Assembly: GCA_951406725.2 (NCBI GenBank)
Contig: OX597839.1
Span: forward strand, 13,268,001 to 13,332,000
Origin: Octopus vulgaris
Taxonomy: Eukaryota
Length of the DNA: 64,000 nucleotides
Direction: 5' to 3'
A program made the translations under genes and the position numbers. The notes under the pieces were generated by a model. That model saw nothing but the letters and a program-made list of their open reading frames with translations. It was not told the DNA's origin and ran no database searches. Below are positions 37,206-48,352 of this stretch, in pieces; positions within the stretch are counted from its first letter, which is position 1, and the number at the start of each line of letters is the position of its first letter.

Positions 37206-37397
37206 TGCAAGAAACTTAAATATTCATAAAATGTTCACATCAGGACGAGGTCCTTTTTTTTAAACATGCACCAAAACCCCAATCGCTAGAAGAGGAAGGA
37301 GAGCACATAGTCAGTTTAAATGACCCCAGTACATAATCAATATTCGGTGGAATCTCAAATCAGAAAGCAGTATAACAACAACAACAACAATGATAAT

Positions 37398-37428
<31 letters not shown>

Positions 37429-37717
37429 TTGATAATATTTCTACTGGAAGCACAAGGCCTCAAATTTGGGGGAAGGGATTAAGTTGGTTACATCAACCCC
37501 AGTGCATAACTGGTACTTATTTAATCGACCCAAAAGAATGAAAGGCAAAGTTGACCTCAGCGTAATTTGAACTCAGAACGTAGCAGCAGACGGAATACCA
37601 CACAACCAAGCTTATGCTTCAGGTACATATTAAGAAAAAGTTCCATTCACTAGTGTCATATTTGTAACTTCAACCCACCTTTTAATAAATTTACTAGAAG
37701 GCAGTACTTCACTTTCC

Positions 37718-38376
37718 TTTACCCATTTAGCATTCAGATTATTCTTTTCTACTCCAGGCACAAGGCCTGAAAATTTTGGGGGAGGTGGGTCAGTCGATTA
37801 GATCAACCCCAGTACGCAACTAGTACTCAATTTATTGACCCCAAACGGATGAAAAGAAGTTGATCTTGGCAGAATTTGAACTCAGCACATAAAGACAGAT
37901 GAAATACTGCTAAGCATTTCACCCGGCATGCTAATGTTTCTCATTTCTTTATTGCCCACAAGAGGCTAAACATAGAGACAAACAAGGATAGACAAAGGGA
38001 TTGAGTTGATTACATCGATCCCCGTGCATAACTGGTACCTAATTTATGGACCCCGAAAGGATGAAAGGCAAAGTCGACCTCAGCGGAATTTGAACTCAGT
38101 ACGTAGCAGCAGATGAAATACCGCAAAGCATTTCGCCCGGCATGCTGTTTCTGCCAGCTTGCTACCTTAGTGTTCAGATTATCCTGTCAAATGTAATGTT
38201 TAGTTATTCACATTGTTTCAAATTAATTATGCATTATTTCATAGCTTTATGATTTCAATGTTGTGGTTGCTTATTTTTAGAATGACATTGTAGGGTAGGT
38301 GTGAGAAGCAAGATCTGGCCATTTTGTACATAAAAGAAGTAAAATATTTGGGTCAATTTAAATATTAAAAGGCTAA
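37718..38376. mobile_element. piggyBac-type MITE interrupted by a family A SINE dimer (~37742-38167)
   Basis: ttagcattcagatta / ttagtgttcagatta duplicated around the SINEs; remainder matches 16362-16580. Confidence 0.7.
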
Positions 38377-38413
38377 ATGTAACATGAAAAGTTAAAGGTG
38401 AAAAGTTAAAAGT

Positions 38414-38700
38414 GATCACCGTGACCGACCAGGCTATCAGATATTGCTACACATCGCTGGTCACAATGCGCTTTGCATTGTTTTAGCATTCAAATGACGC
38501 CACCCTGCTGGCTAAGCGAGCAGGCCAACAGAAGAGTGAGAGAAAGTTGCGGTGAAAGAGTACAGCAGGGGTCGCTACCACCCCCTGCCAGAGCCTCATG
38601 GAGCTTTAGGTGTTTTCACCCAATAAACACTCACAACGCCTAGTCTGGGAATTGAAACCGCGAGACCACTGCCCTAACCACTAGGCCATTGCACCTCCAC
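38414..38700 (-). mobile_element. SINE family C, tail type 1
   Basis: Reverse complement of the family C consensus. Confidence 0.85.
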
Positions 38701-38749
38701 ACATGTGTGTATATATATATATATATATAGTATGTGACTATATATATAT

Positions 38750-38943
38750 AGTATGTGACCTCGTCTGTAACACTAGCGATTTTTTTCCTCTGTCTTCCCT
38801 TCTTGGGATCTGTCCTTCTCCTATGTTTCCGATGAAGAGCTCCGTTCGAAACGTCAAACCCTCCTTCTTTCCTGAGCGTCCAATAATACTTTATTTGTTC
38901 CACGTCCTTGCGTTGTTGTCTTTTTGTTTTCTTGTTTGGAGTA

Positions 38944-38949
<6 letters not shown>
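38750..38949 (+). mobile_element. Short hammerhead-bearing element in (TA)n; motif at 38825-38859
   Basis: GTTT-CCGATGA-A-GAGC[tcc]GTTC-GAAA-CG-TC-AAAC. Confidence 0.75.
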
Positions 38950-38987
<38 letters not shown>

Positions 38988-39602
38988 TGTCTGTTTGTCT
39001 GTGTGCTTGTCCACCACCATTTGACAACTGGTGTTGGGGTGTTTACATTCCTGTAACTTAGCAGTTCTGCAGAAAAGGACCTACAGAATAAGTACCAGGC
39101 TTAAAAACAGAAAATAAGTACTAAAGTTGATTCATTCAATGAAAAATTCTTCAAGGCAGTACCCCAGCATGGCCACAGCCTAATGACTGAAACAAGTAAA
39201 GGGTAGAAAATAATTTACGTACACCTCATTTACTCAGATTGCTTATAATAGAAAGAGGGATATGCTGAACGAGGAAGGGATTATATGCAGATTAGATTAC
39301 TGCAAGTTAATCTATAATTGTCTGTATATATATCACATGACCACACACACACACACAGAGTATGGATTAAACAATTAAGTAATTAATAGAATCTCCTGGT
39401 TAATGAGTCACTTGTGATGCTGTTGACATGGATTCATTGTTCTATAGGGTATATAGGGTAGGGGTGAATCAAGATTGGCACGTGTACTCAGGTAGGAGGG
39501 GGTTGGTTAATGTGTGTGTGTGTGTGTGTGTGTTGGTAGAGAAATGAGACTGGGTAAAATTGGGGTGGTTGGTGAGTGACTATGGGACATGTGGTGATGT
39601 TT

Positions 39603-39898
39603 GTGGAGGCACATAACCTAGTGGTTAGAGCAGCGAACTCGCGGTCGAGGGATCGTGGGTTCGAATCTCAGACCGGGCGATGTGTGTGTTTATGAGCGAA
39701 AACACCTAAACTTCACACGGCTCCGGCAGAAGGTAATGGCAAACTTCTGCTGACTCTTTCACCTCAACTTTCTCTCACTCTTTCCTCCTGCATCTTGCAG
39801 CTCACCTGCGACGGACCGGTGTCCCGTCCAGCTGGGAAACTTATATGCCAAGGAAACCGGCCCTTATGAGCCAGGCATGGCTCAAGAAGGAACAAACA
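39603..39898 (+). mobile_element. SINE family C, tail type 2
   Basis: Matches 7094-7400. Confidence 0.85.
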
Positions 39899-39913
39899 TG
39901 AGGTGCTGTCTAG

Positions 39914-40141
39914 TACTGTGGCTCTCAACCAGCGTCCATGTGACCCTTGGGGGTCCAGATAAGATTTTGTTGTTAAAATTTATGTGCAATAAATTGCATA
40001 AACTTTTACAATACACAAAAAATTAATAAACTCTTTATATAAAAATATAACAGGGTTTTTTAAGCACTGAATGGCTAGGAGGGTCCATCTGAGTAAAAAT
40101 AGGAATCAAATGGGTCCATAAATTAAAAAATGGTTGAGAAT
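39914..40141. mobile_element. hAT/Charlie-like MITE; a second right half lies at ~40720-40878
   Basis: ctgtggctctcaacc...ggttgagaat(tactg). Confidence 0.55.
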
Positions 40142-40718
40142 AGGTGCAGGCATAGTTGTGTGGTAAGAAGTTTACTTCTCAACCACATGGTTCTGGGTTC
40201 AGGCCTACTGCATGGCACATTGAACAAGTGTCTTCTATTATAGCCTCAAACCAACCGAAGCCTTGTGAGTGGATTTAACAAATGGAAACTGAAAAGAAAC
40301 CCAATGTATATATATATATATATTGGGAGAGTTTACGAAAAAAAACAAAAGACGAAGACAGTTGGTGTACAAAACAAACAGATGTATTAGTATAACGCTC
40401 AGGAATAGAAAAAGTCTTTTACGTTTCGAGCCTACGCTCTTCTACAGAAAGGGACACAGAAAAAGAGGAGAGAAAAAAGTAGGAATATATATGTATCTAT
40501 GTGAGTTTCTGTGTTTGTCCCACCCCACTGTTTGACAACTGGTGTTGGTTTGTTTAAGACCCCGTAACTTAGAGGTTCAGCAAAAGAGAATGATAGAATA
40601 AATACCAAACTTAAAATTATAAAAGTACTGGGGTCGATTTGTTTGACTAAAATTCTTCAAGGTGATGCCCCAGCATGGCCACAGTTTAATGACTGAAACA
40701 AATAAAGGATAAAAGATA
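40140..40718 (+). mobile_element. SINE family B with a hammerhead element in its central TA tract
   Basis: 5' half to ~40305 and 3' half from ~40500. Confidence 0.8.
40322..40485 (-). mobile_element. Short hammerhead-bearing element; motif at 40416-40451
   Basis: Reverse complement CTTT-CTGTAGA-A-GAGC[gtag]GCTC-GAAA-CG-TA-AAAG. Confidence 0.75.
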
Positions 40719-41843
40719 CATACATAAGATATTTTAACAATTGTTTTATACAATTCTTAAAAATATCTACTTCTAAAAATATTAATGGATTTTTTTAATC
40801 ATCGAATGGCTTGGAAGGTTCACCTGAGTAAAACAGGAATCGAAAAAGATCATAGGTAAAAAATGGTTGAGAATTACTGGTGGAATAGGGTCACTGGCAT
40901 GTGGAGGAAGGATTGGGCAAGTGGTTGTTGTATTGAAGGGGTGTGGAATTATTGATGTGTGTCTGAGATGGCTGCTGTGTGGAGGAGGCACAGGATGTCT
41001 GGTATAAGAAGGTAGTTACTAGGATGGTTGGGGTTGTATCTGGAAAGTTTGCCACAAACACTTTTGCCAAAGGAAAATTTGCCTCAAGACTTTTGGAAAT
41101 TTTGCCATAGGCAAGTTCAACACATAGGACATTTTGCCATAGGAAAGTTCGTCGCATAGGAAGCCTCGGAAATTTCATCCTCACCCCTATTGATCTTTTC
41201 ACCCACCCGATTTTCACTAACGAAAAAAAAAAGACTTCCACCTCTCACCCCACCCCGTTTTTCAGACCCCCCAAAGGGTTTTGTAGCAGGAATTTATTCA
41301 ACGAAAAAAAAAATTTCCAATGATTCCGAGATAGAGGGGGGAGCGCTCCCCCCCGCCATTTTTTCTGAACCAAAATAAGGGATTTGCAGCATTTTAGGAG
41401 GTTAGGGTACTTGATTCTACGCAAAAAATCCAAGTTTTTTTTTCTTAGTGGAAATCATTCGTGTGTTAATATAGAAATTTACCATAATTTTGTTGTTATT
41501 TAACCCCAAATCCACCGTGATACAGCAAATCTATTATCAAAGACATTCCAGCTTTTAGCAAACTGTCTTTTTAGGGATAATCTAGGACATTACATACAAT
41601 GGCTGTATAATTTAGGTAGGAGGATACTTTGGCTGCTATTTTTAGCGTGTCGAGTGACCAGGTAGAGGCTCTTTCATTGGTTCGATTGCGTGAGATTTTT
41701 ATTACACGTATATGTATATATATATCATCGGCAGAAGTTAGAGTAAGTCAAAAGCTGAATTTCATGTATTGGCACTGGTTTTATTTAATGATCAGTAAAA
41801 CCGAAACCAATTTGCCAAAAACGATTTTAAGGCTTGCTGTTTC

Positions 41844-41958
41844 GGATCTTTTCAATAAAAGACGTTTTATGTAACACATTCTACCAGTATACGAAGTTTA
41901 AAAGTGTTTAGTTGCAAATAACTATTTTTTAAATGTGCCGGTCAAAGTGAAAAGATCC
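41844..41958 (+). mobile_element. GG-ended 8-bp-TSD MITE, internally deleted
   Basis: TSD GCTGTTTC; GGATCTTTTC...GAAAAGATCC. Confidence 0.85.
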
Positions 41959-42439
41959 GCTGTTTCTTTTTTTTTTTTTTTTTTTTCGCAAAACATTTCT
42001 CCATTTTTTCTTTTCAAGAAATATCGTTGAAACTAAACTAACTGAACTGTTGTCGGTCGCCTTTAGTTGAGAGTGCTGTCCGTTTCATTGAAACATATCG
42101 CAACATATCAATTCTCACCTTCCTTCCCCTTGAACCTTAGATCAGCACCTTGTCATTCATTTTCTTCATTGCGCTTGTGTATTCACGAATTAGTCCATTA
42201 CCTTCATAAGTAGATGGGACAGTCTTCAGTCAGGTGATCTTTCCCGTTGAGCATATGTAATAACCAGTTCCAGATTCATTTCAAGGAAGTATTGATCAAA
42301 AAAAGTGAAGAGATTGCTATAACAGACGATAGTGATCGTCATAACAGACGATAGTGATGATGAAGCTGACATAAGCCAACAAGACATACTTTGTCAAACA
42401 GATTTGGCTCACGAAAATGCTTGTTTTCCCCAGCTAAAA

Positions 42440-43195
42440 CCTGAATTTAACAAAGTTTTAAAATAAGGTAAGAAAAATTTCAAAACTTTTCCTTAAATCT
42501 CCTACAAAAAATGAAATTTTGCAAGATTTTATACAAGCGAACTTTGATAACAGAGAATATAAACTTATACTGGATTGCAGAACTCGGTGGAATAGCACAT
42601 TCCATATGATTGAGAGATTTTTGAAATTGAAAAGCTGCATTCCAAATGCTCTTCGAGCAGAACTTTCCACAGATGCCGTGGAAATTCTGCATTCAGTAGA
42701 AATTATTTTGAAGGCTATTTGCGCTGATGATACGGGTTTACTGAAAGCGGAATATAGTATAGAATTTTTATTGAATAAACTTAATATCGTCGGCAACCCT
42801 TTGGCTCTAAATATTCGTGAAAGACTTATGCATAGATATAATAAGAGAAGAAATATCGAAACCTTGACTCTCTTGAGGTATTTACATAACCCAAGGAAAT
42901 TTAAAGGTGAGTCGATTTCTGGACCTTTTCTATTTTTTAACGAAACAACATTTAAGGAAGTATGCTGAACAAACATATAGGAGATTATTTCCTGAACATG
43001 ATGCTGAGAACACAACAGAATTATACAAAGAAAATGAAATAGGAGGGAACCTAGAAACAAGTGTTGCTGTTGTCCCATCTACTTATGAAGGTAATGGACT
43101 AATTCGTGAATACACAAGCGCAATGAAGAAAATGAATGAAGAGCCCAAGACGGTAACAGATGGATTTGAAATCTCTAAAGAATTCGGGTACTATT
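42440..43195 (+). pseudogene. hAT-family transposase fragment with stop and frameshift
   Basis: KVRKISKLFLKSPTKNEILQ..KLILDCRTRWNSTFHMIERFLKLK..LLRYLHNP; TRWNS motif. Confidence 0.8.
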
Positions 43196-43278
43196 TAAGA
43201 AGAGTGATCCCGGTGCGCGTACTCGCGCATCCGCGCTAGCTAGTCGTGACTAGTCGATCCTACAACGACTATCAGCGG

Positions 43279-43895
43279 CTTTATATAGCTATGGTACAAC
43301 CTCACATGGAATTTGCATCGCCAGTCTGGAACCCCTATCTTGCCTAGGATATTAATCGTCTTGAAGCCGTTCAGCGACGTGCAACCAAGAGAATACCCTC
43401 CATCAGGCATTTGCCATATTCTGAACACCTTACTTCCCTGGGCATGGACACATTGAAACTCCGACGTCTGGCAGCTGACTTGGCAGACACCCATAAAACT
43501 ATTAACCATCTTACAAACAATAACTCTCAGCTCCTTTTCAAACTCCCCATGTCTAACACCCGTGGACATGTTTACAGAGTCAGAAAACAGCACAGCTCCC
43601 ATGACTTTCGGAAACATTTTTTCCCCGCTAAGAGTTGCTGAAGCATGGCACAAATTGCCGGCATCAGTTGTTAGTTGTCGGAGCACTGCATCCTTCAAAA
43701 CTTCATGCTTCTTGAGATTCGCCAACACTACACCTGATTTTTCCCCTCCATACACACACAAGCATGTATCTGACTCGTACACTGTTCGCTTTCCAGACAT
43801 TTGTACATCACTGCATATGCTTTATACGCACTTTTTGATAAGTTGTGGTGCACCTGAGCACTGTATACAATAATTTCATTATTACTATTATTATT
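43279..43895 (+). mobile_element. CR1-clade LINE, 5'-truncated, decayed
   Basis: LYIAMVQPHMEFASPVWNPYLA*DINRLEAVQRRATKRIPSIRHLPYSE..TLKLRRLAADL..NTRGH; (ATT)n tail. Confidence 0.88.
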
Positions 43896-44219
43896 TTACC
43901 CGTCATGTCTTCGAAATTACCCATACAACAAAATTATCTTGCGACAAAGTTTCCTCTACGGCAAAGTTTCTTACGGCAAAAATGTTTACAGCGAATGTTC
44001 CTAGAACCGGTTGATATCTGATTTTGTGACTGGAGAGAAAAAAGTTTAAATTCATGGTACGTGTGTTAAAGATCGCCGTGTGGAGTCATTTCGGTGGTGT
44101 TGTTCTTACGTTTGTTGTTGTTGTTAGAGTTGTTATTGTTGTTTTCGCTGCTGTTGTTGTTGTTACCGGGGTTGTTTTTTATTGTTGCTGTTGTTGGCGT
44201 TGTAAATGAAGAAATGGTA

Positions 44220-44612
44220 TACTCTTTTCCTTGTTTCAGTCATTTGACTGCGGTCATGCTGGAGCACCGCCTTTAGTCGAGCAAATCGACCCGAGGACGT
44301 ATTCTTCGTAAGCCTAATACTTATTCTGGCGTTCTCTTTTGCCGAACCGCTAAGTTACGGGGACGTAAACACACCAGCATCGGTTGTCAAGCGATATTGG
44401 GGCGACAAAAAGACACATACACATACACACACACACACACATATATATATGCATATATACGACGGGTTTCTTTCAGTTTCCGTCTACCAAATCCACTCAC
44501 AAGGCTTTTGTTGGCCCGAGGCTATAGTAGAAGACACTTGCCCAAGGTGCCACGCAATGGGACCGAACCTGGAACCATGTGGTTGGTAAGCAAGCTACTT
44601 ACCACAAAGCCA
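44220..44612 (-). mobile_element. SINE family B
   Basis: Matches 7512-7925; CpG-rich. Confidence 0.85.
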
Positions 44613-44832
44613 CTCATAATATTCTTCAACCGTCATATTTCATTTTTGTGTATATGTATGTGAACATGCACGGAGTAGTGTATGTCTGTGTGTGCATGTG
44701 TGTATTTATCTATGGTTGTAGTAGTATGCATGTGTATGTATATAGTGTGAAAATTTAACTGTTACAGTGTATGTGTATGCATAGGTGTCATCACTCAATG
44801 ACACCATTATCTCTTATATCCTCAACTTCTCG

Positions 44833-44958
44833 CTATATATATATATGTATGTATGTATGTATGTATGGTAGGTAGGTATATGTATATATATGTATGTAGG
44901 TAGGTAGGTATATGTATATATATGTATGTAGGTAGGTAGGTATATGTATATATGTATG

Positions 44959-44997
<39 letters not shown>

Positions 44998-46177
44998 GTA
45001 TATGTATATGTATGTGTATGTATATATATGTATGTATGTATATGTATGTATGAATATGTATGTATGTATGTATATGTATGTATGAATATGTATGTATGTA
45101 TGTATATGTATGTATGAATATATATGTATGTATATATATGTATGTATGTATGTATATATATATACAACGGACTCTTTTCAGTTCTCATCTACCAAATCCA
45201 CTCACAAGGCTTTGGTTGACCTTGGGCCAACCAAAGAAGACACTTGCCCAAGGTGCCACACAGTGGAACTGAACCCTGAACTGTGTGGTTCGGAAGCAAA
45301 CTTTTTACAACACAGCTATGCCATGTGTGTATGTACGAATAAGCACATACATGTGTATATGTTTATGTATAGGTAAATATGTGAATGTGTATGCATGTGT
45401 GAGTATATGTATGTGTATCTAAGAGTATCTTTACATGTAAATGTATATGTGTGTGTATTTCTGTGTGATTTGTATGTGTGTGCAAGTGTGTGTGTGTCTG
45501 TGTAAATATGTAAGTATATGTGTATTTGAGTGCATGCATTTATATGTATGTGTGTATGTATGAGTTTTTGTGTATATGTATGCATTTATGTGAAAGTTTA
45601 TACATTTGTGTGCATATGTGTGTTTGTGTGTATACATGTGTGTGCATTTATGAGTGTGTGTATATGCATGAGTGCGTGCATGTGAGTGTGTGTGCATATG
45701 TGTGCATGTGTGTTTATATGTATATGTGAAAGTTTACTTGTGTTTGTGTATACATGTGTGTGCATGTCAGTGTGTGTGCATATGTGTATGTGCATTTGTG
45801 CATATGTGTGTGCATACATATGTGTATGTGCATATCTATGAGGGTGTGTATATGTGAAAGCTTAACTGTTATTTGTGTGTGTATCTGTCCATGTGTGTGT
45901 GTATGTGCATGCGTGCAGGATTTCAAATAATTTGATGTCAAATGATATTAGTTAATGATGAATGAAGAAATTTAGGAGAATATTGTATGGCAGAGCTCGG
46001 ACAGATGGAAAGTTAATATTGAATATCTCAAGCTAATTTTCCTCATATATATATTTGCAAATGCATACATACATTCATACATACATACATACATTATATG
46101 TATTATGTTCATTTATATATGTATATATATATATATATATATATGCATTACATATATTTATATATATATGTATTATG

Positions 46178-46215
<38 letters not shown>

Positions 46216-46556
46216 TTAGGTATCTATTTATATATTTATGTATATTATATGATCTATATGTATGTGTGTATATATATATATCTGTAAATGTAATATGTGA
46301 CAAGTATTCGGTAGCCATGATATATATGTATATATATGTATATATATATATAGATATATGTTATATTAATTGTGTGTATTTATATAAATATTATATATGC
46401 ATCATGTGTATTCATATCTACATGTATATTCTATGTTTATGCATATGTGTGTGTGTGTATATGAATTATATGTATTATATAATTTGTATATTCATATATA
46501 TATGTAAATTGTATTATGCATACACACATATGTATGTATATGTTTGTGTGTATGAG

Positions 46557-46590
<34 letters not shown>
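44833..46590. repeat. Compound (TATG)n/(TG)n/(TA)n/(GA)n low-complexity field
   Basis: Directly visible; includes a family B fragment at ~45165-45320. Confidence 0.9.
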
Positions 46591-46595
<5 letters not shown>

Positions 46596-47924
46596 TGTGT
46601 GAGTGACTGTCGGGTGTGTGTGTCCAATAAAACCCCTGATATCATATGATGCCGATTCAAAATGCTCGGAGATTGATAACCCCCTCTTCTCTAAGCAGCG
46701 ATCAATCTTGTACTTGTTGACAGTAAATTATCTCAATCTCACGAAAGATATCTTCGGCTAACAATGAACCCACTTTGAAATATAACTTTCAAAGCTTTTA
46801 TTTACATTAACTAAAGCAGCATGCTGCAACCATCAGCTTGACTTCCTTCATATAAAATTCACTTTAAAGGGAGATTTTCTAAGTTAGCAGTAGAATCAAT
46901 GCTGAAATTAAGCCCATTAGCTTAACAAACTCGTTTACTTGGTATGGTTCCTACTTGGGCTTCTTTCATATTTTATCTTTTACTTGTTTCAGTTTTAGAT
47001 TACGGCCATGCTGGGGCACCACCTTGAAAAATTTTTAGTCAAATGAATCAACCTTAATTGTTTTTTGTTTTTTTTGTTAAGCCTCTCTTTTTACTCTCTT
47101 TTACTTGTGTCAGTCATTTGACTGTGGCCATGCTGGAGCACCGCCTTTAGTTGAGCAAATCGACCCCAAATCGATGGATATATGATACTGTAGATTTCAG
47201 ATAATATACCCTCTCTATTGACAGACATATGAGTGCATCTTTTCCCAGGCTTATGGACTCTTAGGTGACTCATGCGTGTGTATATATATATATATACACA
47301 CACATATAAATCCCAAAATGGAACAAGAATGCAGTAGACAACAATGAAACATCCAGACAGATAGACAATACAAAGACGGACAGGCTAAAACAAGGATGGG
47401 TCATTCGCAGCCTTTTTTCTTCAGTCAAGTTTCCAGATTATCCTTACAGTTTTGGCCAGTTACACTTGAGACTGTTCAAATCTGGCTGGCCCCAAAAATC
47501 TACACTATGAGCAGTAAATTTTGGGGGAGAAAGCAAGTGAATGTGTACGACGACAAAGACAAAAAAAAAACGAAGAAAATGTTATACAATTACAAATACA
47601 AACTACAATAAAATAACAACAGGTGTCTTTTAACCAATAAAGACGAATCAAGTCAAGCCGGCATGTGTAGTGAAAGCCTTGAGGCATGAACATAAGAGGT
47701 GAAAATCATGAGACAGGAATATAAGAGATGCTTTGTGGCTGGCAGTTGAACCAAGAAAGAAAGATCATGCTTAGCCGAGCAATGGTTACGTGGAAGGAAA
47801 AGGGAGAGGTAGGGGACAGAGGGATTGAAGAATTAGGGGAAGAGTGAGAAAGAGAGGAAATCAAAAGGACATAAAGAGAGGTACAAGGCATATATATATA
47901 TACACATATATATATATGTGTATG

Positions 47925-48248
47925 TATGTATGGAAAGAAATAAGATTGAAAAACACAAATTTGTTTTACAAGACAAAAGAATATATTAAAATCATAATAG
48001 CAAAAGTATTGTATAATATTGTACGATATGAGATTTTTTTCTTTCAACATAATAACTGGTTTCGTTATTGCTTTTCAAATTTTGAGTTTTGGATGAAATT
48101 CTGAATTAGACATTGGGGACTATGTTGGAAGGAAAAAATCTTATTTTGTACAATATTGTATAATACTTTTGCTATTGTGATTCTAATATATTCTTTAGTC
48201 TTGTAAAACAAATCTGTGTTTTTTCATCTTATTTCTTTCCATATATAT
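47925..48248. mobile_element. Inverted-repeat element between (TA)n tracts with a hammerhead-like motif at 48051-48081 (minus)
   Basis: Arms ~47925-48051 and 48121-48248; minus strand AAT-TTGAAAA-GCAATAAC-GAAA-CCAG-TT-ATT. Confidence 0.7.
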
Positions 48249-48279
48249 TCAACCATGTGTAATCACCTACCATACTTTC

Positions 48280-48332
<53 letters not shown>

Positions 48333-48352
48333 TAGCTAAGGCAATTAGAAGC

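Larger units (their letters stand above)
41035..44008 (+). mobile_element. Decayed DNA transposon with hAT-type transposase and subterminal ~15-bp repeat arrays
   Basis: Left arrays ggaaa(a/g)tttgcc (41035-41162); inverted right arrays ggcaaagtttc (43935-44008); transposase remnant between them. Confidence 0.6.

Noticed and set aside
42458-43078. 206-aa minus-strand ORF
   Set aside because: Antisense shadow of the transposase remnant.
47415-47500. Possible hammerhead on the minus strand (GGCCAG..CTGGCC stem)
   Set aside because: Core elements are missing or out of order.
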